Shown here: piece by piece, positions 37,815-47,552 of the stretch | Numbering within the stretch: the first letter of the stretch is position 1 | Layout: each line of letters opens with the position of its first letter | Assembly: GCA_963822965.1 (NCBI GenBank) | Contig: CAWGJT010000012.1 | Coordinates: forward strand, 96,001-160,000 | Direction: 5' to 3' | Source of the DNA: an uncultured delta proteobacterium | GTDB lineage: Bacteria > Myxococcota_A > UBA9160 > UBA4427 | Length of the DNA stretch: 64,000 bases | The notes under the pieces: model-generated | The model's database searches: none | Seen by the model: only the letters and a program-made list of their open reading frames with translations | What the model was told of the DNA's origin: nothing | Position numbers and translations under genes: made by a program

Positions 37815-38507
37815 GTGGCGATCTTCGGGGCCGAGCCCGCCTACGACCGCAGCCGGATCCTGGAGGCGGCGGCGCGGGCGCGGCAGCGCAAGCGCTACCG
37901 CAAGGCCGCCGCCCTGTACCGGAGAGTCCTCGCCGTCGAGCCCGCCAACGTCGAGCTCCATGCGCGCCTGGCTCCGCTGCTGGCCGCCACCGGCAACGCC
38001 TTCGATGCCTGGACGAGCTACCGGGCCTGTGCCCGGGCGGCGCTCGCCGAGAAGCGACTGGAACAGGCGGGCGCCATCTACCGGGAGGCGGCCCGTTGCC
38101 TGCCCCGGGAGATCGCCGCCTGGCAGGAGCTGGCGAGCACGGAGCGCAAGCGGGGCCGGGACAAGGAGGCCCTGGAGGCTTTGCTGGAGGGTCGCCGCCG
38201 CTTCGCGGCCCGGCGCTTCCGCCCCCAGGCGATCTCGTTGCTGCGGCGGGCCCGGGAGATCGATCCGTGGAGCCCGACCGTCGTCATCGACCTGGCGCGG
38301 CTGCTCACCCGCAGTGACCAGGAGAGCGAGGCTCAGATGCTGCTCGAGAAGCTCGCCCGACAGACGAGCGGCCGGGACCTGCGGCGGGTGCGCGGCGCCC
38401 AGTGGCTCATCTCCCCGACCCTGGGGAACACCTGGCGCTGGCTGCACGCGGCGGCGACGAGCGGCCGGGAAGCCGAGAAGGGAAGGCACTCGCACATCCA
38501 CGCCTGA
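37815..38507 (+). CDS. TPR-repeat protein (Arg-rich)
   Basis: RBS GGGGAGG plus GTG; YRKAAALYRRVLAVEPANVELH, AISLLRRAREIDPWS TPR-like helices. Confidence 0.7.
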   Translation: MAIFGAEPAYDRSRILEAAARARQRKRYRKAAALYRRVLAVEPANVELHARLAPLLAATGNAFDAWTSYRACARAALAEKRLEQAGAIYREAARCLPREIAAWQELASTERKRGRDKEALEALLEGRRRFAARRFRPQAISLLRRAREIDPWSPTVVIDLARLLTRSDQESEAQMLLEKLARQTSGRDLRRVRGAQWLISPTLGNTWRWLHAAATSGREAEKGRHSHIHA

Positions 38508-38638
38508 CCGAGTCCCCGGATCGCGGCGCGAGCCGGCCCGGCTCGACCGACTGGCACGGGGCACGGCGCGCGGACGACCGCTGCCCCCGCCCGGCGGGGC
38601 CCTTTACGAGCACCCGCCCTCCCGACAGACTCGGGCGC

Positions 38639-40072
38639 GTGATCGCGAAGCGCATCCTGCTGCTGTGCACCGGTCTGGTAGCGGCCCTCGCGCTGCTCGA
38701 GGGCGGCATCCGGGTCCTGCACCGCATCCGCACCGGCGAGCCCTTTCCGACCGACGTGCTGCGGGAGAGGCTGGCTCCCCCGCTCGATCCCGACGCGGTC
38801 GTGCTCGCGACGACCCCCGTCGTCCCACGGCAGGACGCCGCCACCGTGGCCAACAAGGCGCTCCATCCCTATCTGGGCTACGTGCTCGATCGGACCGGCG
38901 CCGAAGCGACGATCAACCGCTTCGGATTCCAGGGCATCGATCCCCTGACGCCGGCCGGTCCGGACGTCGTCCGCGTGGCGATCACGGGTGGCTCCGTGTC
39001 GCTGCAGGTCTACACGAACGGCGGCGACGCCTTGAAGGCGGCCCTCGCGGACGCGCCGGCTCTCCGGGGCAAGCGGATCGAGCTCGTCTCCCTCGCGCTC
39101 GGGGGCTACAAGCAGCCCCAGCAGCTGATGGCGGTCGCCTGGCTCCTGTCGCTGGGCGCCCACTTCGACGTGGTGATCAACCTCGACGGCTTCAACGAGG
39201 TCGCCCTCCCCTACGCGGACAACCATCCTGCGGGCGTCCATCCCGGCTATCCGCGCGGCTGGCAGCTCTACCAGAGCGGCGGCGTCGACGCCGGGCAGGC
39301 CGGGTATCTCGTCGCCACCCGCGCGCTTCGCGAAGAGCAGCGCGCGTTTCGTTCGGCACTCGCGACCGGGCTGCCGTCGCGCAGCGCCCTCTGCCTCACG
39401 GTCCTCCAACACGTCGACGATCTGCTCGAGGCGCGCATCGCCCGGCAGGATCACGCCCTGCGCCACCGTCTCGCCGTGGCCGGCACGAGCTTCCAGGCGT
39501 CGGGCCCGCCGGTCTCCTACGACCGCCCCGCTGATCTGTTCGCCGACGAGGTGGCAATCTGGCAACGGTCGTCGCTCGAGCTCCAGCAGCTCGCCCGGGG
39601 CGCCGGCGCCCACTACTTCCACTTCCTGCAGCCCAACCAATGGCTCGAGGGCGGCAAGCCCTGGAGCCGCATCGAGAAGAGCCAGCTGGACATTCCGGAC
39701 CCGTGGGCGCCCCGGACGGCCGTTCGCATGGGCTATCCGTTGCTCGAAGAGGCCGGCCGGGAGCTACGCGCCCGGGGCGTGGCCTTCACCAGCCTCGCCT
39801 GGCTGTTCCGGGCCGAGCCCCGCACCCTCTACCGGGACACGTGCTGCCACCTGAACGAGCTGGGGGTGCGCCTGCTGGCCTCGGAGATCGGCCGGGTGGT
39901 CGCCGGGGACCTGCCCGCCCACCTGGACGAGCCGCCGGCGGCCAACCGGAAAAACCGAGCCGCATCGAGGACTTCAGCGCCGTCCGGCGCGCCGGGCGGG
40001 CCTCCCTCGAAAAAAGATGCCGCCGGGGCGGAGTTTTCTGACACCTCTTCTCCGCCGGCGCCACTCCCTTGA
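38639..40072 (+). CDS. Membrane-anchored SGNH/GDSL hydrolase-like protein
   Basis: N-terminal TM; HPYLGY, INRFGF, AITGGSVS, ALGGYKQPQQL, INLDGFNEV, FLQPN, YRDTCCHLNELG; the last ~40 codons look non-coding-like. Confidence 0.7.
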   Translation: MIAKRILLLCTGLVAALALLEGGIRVLHRIRTGEPFPTDVLRERLAPPLDPDAVVLATTPVVPRQDAATVANKALHPYLGYVLDRTGAEATINRFGFQGIDPLTPAGPDVVRVAITGGSVSLQVYTNGGDALKAALADAPALRGKRIELVSLALGGYKQPQQLMAVAWLLSLGAHFDVVINLDGFNEVALPYADNHPAGVHPGYPRGWQLYQSGGVDAGQAGYLVATRALREEQRAFRSALATGLPSRSALCLTVLQHVDDLLEARIARQDHALRHRLAVAGTSFQASGPPVSYDRPADLFADEVAIWQRSSLELQQLARGAGAHYFHFLQPNQWLEGGKPWSRIEKSQLDIPDPWAPRTAVRMGYPLLEEAGRELRARGVAFTSLAWLFRAEPRTLYRDTCCHLNELGVRLLASEIGRVVAGDLPAHLDEPPAANRKNRAASRTSAPSGAPGGPPSKKDAAGAEFSDTSSPPAPLP

Positions 40073-40099
40073 TACAAAACGAAATCCCCTTCCCAGGGA

Positions 40100-40138
40100 G
40101 ACCGGGAGCACCCTTCGGGGCGCTCCCGGTCACTTTTT
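40100..40138 (+). terminator. Intrinsic (rho-independent) terminator
   Basis: GACCGGGAGCACCC-TTCG-GGGCGCTCCCGGTC (13 of 14 pairs, UUCG loop) followed by ACTTTTT. Confidence 0.85.
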
Positions 40139-40140
40139 GG

Positions 40141-40174
40141 GGCGGGGCGTTCCGGGAGGCGGGGCGTTCCGGGA
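40141..40174. repeat. Perfect 17-bp tandem duplication
   Basis: GGCGGGGCGTTCCGGGA twice (40141, 40158). Confidence 0.85.
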
Positions 40175-40186
40175 GACAGGGCGGCC

Positions 40187-40846
40187 TCAGCTCGCGGCGG
40201 GCGTCCGGGGCGGCGGCAGCGCCAGCCCGAGCACCGGACACAGGCTGCTCTTGTCCAGCAGGACCAGCGGGTTGGGTCCCGAGACCCGGTACTCCATCGA
40301 GGCGGTGCCCTCGTCGGGGAAGCCGCGGCAGGCCTCGTCGTTGGGAATGATGGCGACCAGGCTGGCGGTGTGCTGGAAGCCCAGCTGCTTCGCCAGCGGA
40401 AATCGCCCCAGCAGATGCACGACCTGGTCGTCGCGGTAGACCGCCTGGTAGCGCGCGGGCGCCCGGGGCAGGGGCTCCCGGGAGCGTCGCGGCTGCCGGT
40501 CCCTCCACGCCTCCAGCGAGAGGACGCCCACCGCGTCGCACTGCCGGTCGCCGGCGTCCACGCGACCCATCAGGCCCAGCCACGTGAAGTGCAGACCCTC
40601 GGGATTCGCGAGCAGCGCGCTGCAGGTCTCGTCGTTGGGAAAGTAGAGCCGGTAGCGGAAGCCGCCCGCGTCGACCTTCGCGTCGAGATACGGGCCCCGC
40701 GTCGTCACGTCACTCACCCGGGCGCCCACGGTGGTACCGGGCACGCCGGCCTGGGCGACCACCGAGTCGACCGTGCAGCCCGGCAACGCGACCGCGCTCC
40801 CCACGACCCACAGCGTCGGAACGACGACCCCCATCGAACGGAACAT
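40187..40846 (-). CDS. Hypothetical lipoprotein (Cys pairs)
   Basis: RBS GGAGG; MFRSMGVVVPTLWVVGSAVALPGC lipobox; internal repeat FPNDETC / IPNDEAC. Confidence 0.7.
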   Translation of the reverse strand: MFRSMGVVVPTLWVVGSAVALPGCTVDSVVAQAGVPGTTVGARVSDVTTRGPYLDAKVDAGGFRYRLYFPNDETCSALLANPEGLHFTWLGLMGRVDAGDRQCDAVGVLSLEAWRDRQPRRSREPLPRAPARYQAVYRDDQVVHLLGRFPLAKQLGFQHTASLVAIIPNDEACRGFPDEGTASMEYRVSGPNPLVLLDKSSLCPVLGLALPPPRTPAAS

Positions 40847-40889
40847 CCTCCGGCCCTCCTCGCGGTGCGCGCCGGCAGGTGCGAACGGC

Positions 40890-41147
40890 TCAGCCGGCGG
40901 AAAGCGGCAGCTCCCGCAGATAGTCGACGATGTCGCGAGATTCGTGCATCCAACGCACCGCGCCGTCCTCCGACTCGATTCGCAGGCACGGCACCATCTG
41001 CCGGCCCGTTGCCTCGACCAGCTCCCGGTGGCGACCCGGCTCCTCGAGGATGTCCCGCAGCTCGACGTCGAGATCGAGCTGGTCGATGGCGCGGCGCACC
41101 AACGCACAGTAGGGACAGCTCTGGAAGTGATAGAGGGACAGCTTCAT
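40890..41147 (-). CDS. Glutaredoxin-like protein
   Basis: MKLSLYHFQSCPYC, TGRQMVPCLRI, WMHESRDIVDYL. Confidence 0.9.
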   Translation of the reverse strand: MKLSLYHFQSCPYCALVRRAIDQLDLDVELRDILEEPGRHRELVEATGRQMVPCLRIESEDGAVRWMHESRDIVDYLRELPLSAG

Positions 41148-41213
41148 GGCGGGTTCGGATGTCGGATCGGAACGAAGGTTGCGCACCCGGGGCGAGTTCG
41201 CACCGGGTCGGGC

Positions 41214-42410
41214 TCACGAGAGGAAGAGCCGCCGCAGATGCGCGTTCAGGAAGCGGCCCTCGGGATCGAGCCCCTCCCGAAACGCCTGGAACCGGTCCCA
41301 CTCCGGGTAGAGGTCCCGCAGGCGACGAGCCTCGAGGCGGTGGATCTTCCCCCAGTGCGGGCGTCCCCCGCAGCTCCAGAAGATCGGCTCCAGGTCCTCG
41401 AAGAACTCCCGGTAGGGCAGGCTCCCGTCCTGGTGGATGGAAAGCGTGACGGTCTCGCGTCCGAAGGCGTTGCTCAGCCAGGCGTCGTCGGAGGCGAGGG
41501 TCCGGTACTCGACGGGCCACTGGACGTCGCGGTGGCGCTCCTGCATGCGGGCCCGCACCTCGCCGAAGCACGCGGGTCCGTGCTCCGCGGGAACCGCGTA
41601 CTCCATCTCGAAGAACTTCACCGTCCGCTCGGACGGAATGATGCGGGGACTCCAACCGATCCGCTCGTAACGCCGGTCCGGCAGGTCCGAGGGCTCTTCG
41701 TCGGTGGGATTCAAGGTCTTCACCTCGGCCACGTCGCGGCCGGGCATCCAGAAGAACTCGAAGTGACGGTTTCCCCGGACCTCCCGGTCGAGGCCGTCGA
41801 GGCACTCCTCCACGGACATGCGACGGACGCGTTCGTGCAGGCGGTAGGCCGGCCGGAGGCGCAGGCCGATCTCCGTGAAGATGCCGAGCGAGCCGAGCGA
41901 GACGCGCAGGGCCCGCAACGCCTCGGGATCGACCGCCTCGTCGAACTCGCGCACGCCGCCTTCGGCGTCCACCAGACGGACGCTCTCGACGCACGAAGAG
42001 AGGTTGCCGAGGGTGGGGCCGGTCCCGTGGGTGCCCGTGCCGACCGCACCGGCGAGCGCTTGCTTGTCGATGTCGCCCAGGTTCTCCATGGCCAGCCCCA
42101 GCGCGAGCAACGGCTCGCCCAGGTCGCAGAGCTTGGTGCCGGCCCGCACCCGGGCGCGGCACCGGTCGGCCTCGTGGGAGGCGATTCCGGCCAGGGCGTC
42201 GAGGGACGCGAGGATGCCGTCGGTGGCCACCAACGGCGTCCCGGAGTGCCCGCTTCCCACCACGCGAACGGAGAGACCCTCCGCGGCCGCGGCGGACACC
42301 AGGCGGCAGACCTGCCCTTCGTCTTCGGGACGCTCGATGCGGACCGGCGCGCATTGCACCGAGCCCGACCAGTTGCTCCACACGGAGGGCGGCGAGGTCG
42401 CGCTGGTCAT
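41214..42410 (-). CDS. FAD-linked aldonolactone oxidase family protein (D-arabinono-1,4-lactone / L-gulonolactone oxidase-like)
   Basis: WSNWSG, VRVVGSGHS, NLGDID.Q..AGA..TGTHGTG, EMEYAVP, PVEYR, GGRPHWGK. Confidence 0.9.
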   Translation of the reverse strand: MTSATSPPSVWSNWSGSVQCAPVRIERPEDEGQVCRLVSAAAAEGLSVRVVGSGHSGTPLVATDGILASLDALAGIASHEADRCRARVRAGTKLCDLGEPLLALGLAMENLGDIDKQALAGAVGTGTHGTGPTLGNLSSCVESVRLVDAEGGVREFDEAVDPEALRALRVSLGSLGIFTEIGLRLRPAYRLHERVRRMSVEECLDGLDREVRGNRHFEFFWMPGRDVAEVKTLNPTDEEPSDLPDRRYERIGWSPRIIPSERTVKFFEMEYAVPAEHGPACFGEVRARMQERHRDVQWPVEYRTLASDDAWLSNAFGRETVTLSIHQDGSLPYREFFEDLEPIFWSCGGRPHWGKIHRLEARRLRDLYPEWDRFQAFREGLDPEGRFLNAHLRRLFLS

Positions 42411-42557
42411 CGTTCGTTCTCCGCCGCGAGCGTCCGGAATGCGACGCCCGCCGATCGTCCCCGCAGCCGCAGGCGGCAGGCAGGCTATTTCACAAGTCGC
42501 CGAAGAACAACGCGAAGCTCGACATCGGTCCCGGCACGGCCGCCGTCCGGACCCGAA

Positions 42558-42573
42558 TGGCACGACCACTGCA
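42558..42573 (+). promoter_or_regulatory. Sigma-54 (-24/-12) promoter
   Basis: TGGCACGACCACTGCA, near-consensus TGGCAC-N5-(T)TGCA, 30 nt upstream of ATG 42603 with RBS AGGAGG. Confidence 0.8.
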
Positions 42574-42602
42574 CTGCGGGCGCCCCAGGAGGGGCCCAGC
42601 CC

Positions 42603-42860
42603 ATGTCGACGGAAGCGAACGATTCCCGGCCGCAGGCCAGCGCACAGGACAGCCTCGAGCGCGTGCTCCGGTCGCTGGCGCCGGGCGGATGCGAGATCTC
42701 GCTCGTCGATCTCGTCCTGCTGGCCTGTGAGGCCAGCGAGGACGCCGGAGAGGTCGACGACCTCGTCGAGGGCGTCATCCGGAGCGGCGCTGCACACGTC
42801 CTGCCGGCGGCCTGCGACCCGATGCTCCAGCGAGTCGAGGCCGCCGCCGCCGCGGCGTGA
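42603..42860 (+). CDS. Small acidic hypothetical protein (85 aa)
   Basis: Sigma-54 promoter plus RBS AGGAGG; MSTEANDS...ISLVDLVLLACEASEDAGEVDDLVEGVIRSG. Confidence 0.65.
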   Translation: MSTEANDSRPQASAQDSLERVLRSLAPGGCEISLVDLVLLACEASEDAGEVDDLVEGVIRSGAAHVLPAACDPMLQRVEAAAAAA

Positions 42861-43061
42861 TCCGGCGCGCGTAGCCCTAAACCCCCAGCCACCGGCAGCC
42901 GATCGGATCTTCAAACGGACGTTCAGTCGCGTCCGTTCGAGGTCCCCCCAAGTGTCCGTCGTCCGCCCCCAGCGAGCCCACGCCGCCGAAGAGCCCTGCA
43001 CTGGAAGCGGGGCCGCGCGCGATCTGCGCTCCTGCCCGCGCCGCATCGCCCGAGATCTCCC

Positions 43062-44330
43062 GTGTTGACCAGCAAGAAGACACTCCTCCCCCTGGTGGTG
43101 CTGGCCCTCGGCGGCGTCGCGACCCTGGGCCTCGTCGCCGCCAGGCCGGACCTCGACACCCAGAAGCCCCAGCACCGGAGCCCCCTGGTCCGCGTGGTGC
43201 GCGCCGACCCGCACCCCGTCGAGCTGATCGTCCATACCCAGGGCACGGTCGTTCCACGCACCGAGTCGGATCTCGTCGCCGAGGTCTCCGGGCGTGTCCT
43301 GTCCATCTCTCCGAGCCTGGCCTCCGGCGGCTTCCTCGAGCCCGACGAGGTTCTCGTCACCATCGACCCCAGCGACTACGAGATCGCCCTCGAGCGGGCG
43401 CGCGCCGCCCTCGCCCGGGCGAAGAGCCAGCGCGAGCTGGCCCGACGGGCGCTCGAACGGCAGCAGCGGCTGGCCAAGCGCGACGTCGGGAGCTCGGCGG
43501 ACCTCGACACCGCCCGCAACGGCGAGCAGGTGGCCGAGGCGAACCAGCGCGACGCCGAGGCCGGGCTGGCCCAGGCGAAGTGCGACCTCGAGAGAACCCG
43601 CGTCCGGGTTCCGTACGCGGGACGCGTGCGGGAGAAGAAGGTGGACGTGGGGCAGTACGTGAACCGCGGCACGCCGGTGGCCCGGGTATACGCGGTCGAC
43701 TACGCGGAGGTGCGGCTACCCATCCCGGATCGCGACGCCGCCTTCGTGGACCTGCCCATCGACTATCGCGGCGACGCGGGCGAGGAGGCGGGCCCGGAGG
43801 TCCGGCTCCGCGCCACCTTCGCCGGTCGCGAGTACACCTGGATCGGCCACATCGTTCGGACCGAGGGAGAGCTCGACCCGAAGACGCGCATGATCCAGGC
43901 CGTGGCCCGGGTGGAGGATCCCTACGGACACGGCGACGACCCCTCCCGGCCGCCCCTCGCCGTGGGCCTCTTCGTGGACGCGGAGATCCAGGGCGTGGCC
44001 CACGACGCCATCGTGGAGCTGCCCCGGGACGCCCTGCGCGGTCGCGACCAGGTGGCCATCGTCGGTGCCGACGACGAGCTCGAGCTCCGGCGGGTCCCCG
44101 TGCTGCGGCGGGACCGGGATCGCGTGCTCGTCGCGTCGGGAATCGCGCGTGGCGAACGCATCGTCTCCGGACCCCTGGCCGTCGCGGTGGACGGCATGCA
44201 GGTTCGCGTGTTCGAGGAGCGGGAAGGCGTGTCCGTGGCGTCGCGCGAGAGTGGCGGCGCCACGGACCCCCTCGCCTCCGAGCGCCCTCCCCTGGTCGTC
44301 GCGGCGGGTCCGGAAGGCAGCGCCCCGTGA
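43062..44330 (+). CDS. RND efflux periplasmic adaptor (membrane fusion protein)
   Basis: N-terminal TM, GTVVP..E..LVAEVSGRV, coiled coil, VPYAGRV...VD.GQYV..G, ELDPKTR, GLFVDAEI. Confidence 0.92.
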   Translation: MLTSKKTLLPLVVLALGGVATLGLVAARPDLDTQKPQHRSPLVRVVRADPHPVELIVHTQGTVVPRTESDLVAEVSGRVLSISPSLASGGFLEPDEVLVTIDPSDYEIALERARAALARAKSQRELARRALERQQRLAKRDVGSSADLDTARNGEQVAEANQRDAEAGLAQAKCDLERTRVRVPYAGRVREKKVDVGQYVNRGTPVARVYAVDYAEVRLPIPDRDAAFVDLPIDYRGDAGEEAGPEVRLRATFAGREYTWIGHIVRTEGELDPKTRMIQAVARVEDPYGHGDDPSRPPLAVGLFVDAEIQGVAHDAIVELPRDALRGRDQVAIVGADDELELRRVPVLRRDRDRVLVASGIARGERIVSGPLAVAVDGMQVRVFEEREGVSVASRESGGATDPLASERPPLVVAAGPEGSAP

Positions 44331-47300
44331 ACCGCGCCATCGCGTGGTTCGCCTCGAACCACGTCGCCGCCAACCTGCTGATGGCGCTGGTGATGGCCGG
44401 AGGCCTGCTGACGCTTCCGAGCATCAAGCAGGAGGTGTTCCCGGAGATCTCGCTTCCCGTCATCACGGTGAGCGTCGAGTATCCGGGCGCGTCTCCCGCC
44501 GAGGTGGAGGACGCCGTCTGTCTCCGCATCGAAGAGGTGCTCGAGGGACTCCAGGGCGTCAAGCGCATCCACGCCACGGCCAACGAGGGAATGGCCGCCG
44601 TCAGCGTCGAGCTGATGACCGGCGAGGACCCGCGCGTGCGCCTGGATCAGATCCGCTCTCGGGTGGACGCCATCGACACCTTTCCCGTCGAGGTGAAGCG
44701 GCCGGTCGTCACCCAGGTGGACCTGCGATTCCAGGTGCTGAACGTGGCCGTCTCCGGGGACGTGGAGGAGACCACCCTGAAGCGCCTCGGCGAGCAGGCG
44801 CGGGACGAGATCGCGGCCCTGCCCGGCATCACCGACGTGGAGCTCGTCGCGACGCGCCCCTACGAGATCTCGATCGAGGTCTCCGAGGACAGCCTTCGCC
44901 GGCACGGGCTGACGATGGAGGAGATCGCGGCGGCGGTGCAACGGTCGTCCCTCGACCTGCCGGGGGGCTCGATCAAGACCGACGCGGGGGAGATCCTGAT
45001 CCGCACCCTGGGACAGGCCCACACGGCCGCAGACTACGAGCGGCTCGTGCTGGTCTCCCGGGCCGACGGCACCCGGCTCAGCCTGGGCGACGTCGGCCGG
45101 GTGGTGGACGGGTTCGCGGAGAGCGACGAGCTCACCCTCTTCGACGGCGAGCCCGCCGTGCTGGTGCAGGTGTACCGCGTGGGCCAGCAGAGCGCCCTGG
45201 AGATCGCCTCCACGGTGGAGAAGTACCTCGCGGAGCGCCGGGAGACCCTGCCTCGCGGCGTGCACTTCACCCTGGCGCAGAACGACGCGCGCTTCCTGCG
45301 CGGGCGTCTGGACACCCTGCTCTCCAACGGCTGGACGGGCTTCCTGCTGGTGTTCGTGGTGCTCGCCCTGTTCCTGCGGCTGCGCCTGGCCATGTGGGTG
45401 AGCCTGGGCGTTCCCCTCTCGTTCCTCGGCGCGCTCTGGCTGCTCCCGACCTACGACGTCTCGATCAACCTGATCTCGCTGATGGCGTTCATCATCGTGC
45501 TGGGCATCGTGGTCGACGACGCGATCATCGTGGGCGAGAACGCCTGCACCGAGCAGGCGCGCACCGGCGACCCCCTGCGTGGGGCGATCCTCGGCGCCCA
45601 GGGCATCGCCACGCCGGTGATCTTCGGGGTGCTCACCACCATCGCGGCGTTCGCCCCCATGCTGTGGGTGCCCGGGCCGATGGGGCGGGTCGCCCGGGTG
45701 ATCCCGGTGGTGGTGTGCCTGTGCCTCGCCTTCTCGCTCTTCGAGTCGCTGTTCATCCTGCCCTCGCACCTGGGCCACGCGAGCGGCGCCGATCCGGACG
45801 CCGTCCCCACCACCGCCGTCTCGAAGGCGTGGCGTCGCTTCCAGGACCGGATCGCGGAGGGCCTGCGGCGCTTCACCGAGGAGCGCTACCGCCCGCTTCT
45901 CGAGCTCGCCCTGGAGTGGCGCTACACGACCGCCGCGATCAGCGCGACCGTCCTGCTGGTGACCGTCGGGCTGCTGGCCGGCGGCTGGCTGCGCATGGTG
46001 TTCCAGCCCGAGATCGAGAGCGACGTCACGGTCGCCTACGTGAACATGCCCCAGGGCACGCCCACGTCGATCACGGCGGCGGCCGTGAAGCAGATCGCCG
46101 ACGCGGCCCGATCGGTGGCGGAGGAGGTGGATCGCGACCGCGACGTGGTGCGCGACGGCAGCGTCTTCGCGCACTTCTCGACGTCCGTGGGGCGCCAGCC
46201 CTATCGCATCAAGCAGGCCTCGGGTCCCTCCTCGTTCGCGTCGGCGGGGGCCCACGGCAGCCATCTCGGGGAGGTGCAGATCGAGGTGGTGGACGGCGAG
46301 AAGCGAAACGTGAGCGTCGCCGACCTCACCCGTCGTTGGCGCGAACGCACCGGGGAGATCGTCGGGGCGGAGGAGCTGACCTTCACCTCATCGCTGATCG
46401 CCTCCGCGGCCCCGATCCAGATCGAGCTCGTCGGCCCCGACCTGCGGACCCTCCGGCTGGCGGCGGACTACGTGTCGGAGCGCCTCGCCTCCTACCCGGG
46501 CGTGCTGGACATCCGCGACTCCTTCCGAAGCGGCAAGCGAGAGCTCGAGCTCGAGCTGCTGCCCTCGGCGGAGGCGCTGGGCCTCTCGGTCCAGGACCTC
46601 GGGCGCCAGGTGCGCCAGGCCTTCTACGGCCAGGAAGTGCAGCGGCTGCAGCGCGGTCGCGACGAGGTGAAGGTCGTCGTGCGCTACCCGCCCGACGAGC
46701 GGCGCTCGCTGGCCGACCTCGAGAACATGCGGATTCGCACCGCCGACGGATCCGCGGTGCCCTTCTCGACGGTGGCCCGCGCACGCCTCGGCGAGGGATT
46801 CGCGACCATCCGGCGCGTCGACCGGCAGCGGGTGGTGGCCGTGACCGCCGACGTGGACAACGCCGTCACCAACGCCGGCCAGGTCCTCGCCGACCTGCAA
46901 CGCAGCGACCTGCGCGAGCTGCCGAACCTGTTCCCCAACGTGAAGGCTTCCATCGAGGGCGAGCACCGCGAGCAGACCGAGTTCCTCGACAGCCTGAAGA
47001 GCGGCTGGCTCATCGCGATGCTGGTCATCTACGCCCTGCTGGCGATCCCGCTCCGCTCCTACGTCCAGCCGCTCATCATCATGACCGCGATTCCCTTCGG
47101 CCTGGTGGGGGCGGTGTGGGGTCACGTCCTGCTGGGACTCTCGTTCAGCATGTTCTCGCTGATCGGGCTGGTGGCGCTCTCGGGCGTCGTCGTGAACGAC
47201 AGCCTGGTGCTGATCGACTACGTGAACCAACGGCGGGCCGGGAGCGAGTCGCTGCGAGCCGCCCTGGTGGAAGCCGGCACGGCCCGCATCCGCGCGATCC

Positions 47301-47533
47301 TGCTGACCTCGGCCACCACCTTCGCGGGCCTGACCCCGCTGCTGCTCGAGAACAGCGTGCAGGCGAAGATGCTGATCCCGATGGCGGTGTCGCTCGCCTT
47401 CGGCGTCGTCTTCGCGACGGCGATCACCCTGCTGCTGGTGCCCGCCTACTACCTCATCCTCGAGGACCTGCACCACAAGATGAAGGGCGTCGCGGCGCTG
47501 CCCATCCCGCTCCCGGAGCCGGAGCCGCACTGA
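44327..47533 (+). CDS. RND efflux transporter permease (AcrB/AcrD/AcrF family)
   Basis: GTGA overlap; AWFA.NHVAANLLM, EVFPE, YPGASPAEVE, LGIVVDDAIIVGEN, GVVVNDSLVL, R.RAILLT..TT..GL.PL. Confidence 0.95.
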   Translation: MNRAIAWFASNHVAANLLMALVMAGGLLTLPSIKQEVFPEISLPVITVSVEYPGASPAEVEDAVCLRIEEVLEGLQGVKRIHATANEGMAAVSVELMTGEDPRVRLDQIRSRVDAIDTFPVEVKRPVVTQVDLRFQVLNVAVSGDVEETTLKRLGEQARDEIAALPGITDVELVATRPYEISIEVSEDSLRRHGLTMEEIAAAVQRSSLDLPGGSIKTDAGEILIRTLGQAHTAADYERLVLVSRADGTRLSLGDVGRVVDGFAESDELTLFDGEPAVLVQVYRVGQQSALEIASTVEKYLAERRETLPRGVHFTLAQNDARFLRGRLDTLLSNGWTGFLLVFVVLALFLRLRLAMWVSLGVPLSFLGALWLLPTYDVSINLISLMAFIIVLGIVVDDAIIVGENACTEQARTGDPLRGAILGAQGIATPVIFGVLTTIAAFAPMLWVPGPMGRVARVIPVVVCLCLAFSLFESLFILPSHLGHASGADPDAVPTTAVSKAWRRFQDRIAEGLRRFTEERYRPLLELALEWRYTTAAISATVLLVTVGLLAGGWLRMVFQPEIESDVTVAYVNMPQGTPTSITAAAVKQIADAARSVAEEVDRDRDVVRDGSVFAHFSTSVGRQPYRIKQASGPSSFASAGAHGSHLGEVQIEVVDGEKRNVSVADLTRRWRERTGEIVGAEELTFTSSLIASAAPIQIELVGPDLRTLRLAADYVSERLASYPGVLDIRDSFRSGKRELELELLPSAEALGLSVQDLGRQVRQAFYGQEVQRLQRGRDEVKVVVRYPPDERRSLADLENMRIRTADGSAVPFSTVARARLGEGFATIRRVDRQRVVAVTADVDNAVTNAGQVLADLQRSDLRELPNLFPNVKASIEGEHREQTEFLDSLKSGWLIAMLVIYALLAIPLRSYVQPLIIMTAIPFGLVGAVWGHVLLGLSFSMFSLIGLVALSGVVVNDSLVLIDYVNQRRAGSESLRAALVEAGTARIRAILLTSATTFAGLTPLLLENSVQAKMLIPMAVSLAFGVVFATAITLLLVPAYYLILEDLHHKMKGVAALPIPLPEPEPH

Positions 47534-47552
47534 GCGGCCGGCGCGCGGCGCC

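Noticed and set aside
34288..38507. Caspase plus TPR plus kinase as an anti-phage defence system
   Set aside because: The caspase is a predicted exported lipoprotein, the genes are not co-oriented, and no gasdermin, NLR/STAND, CBASS or other defence components are visible
43062..47533. RND pump without an outer-membrane factor as a novel two-component system
   Set aside because: TolC-like partners are often encoded elsewhere; the arrangement is common
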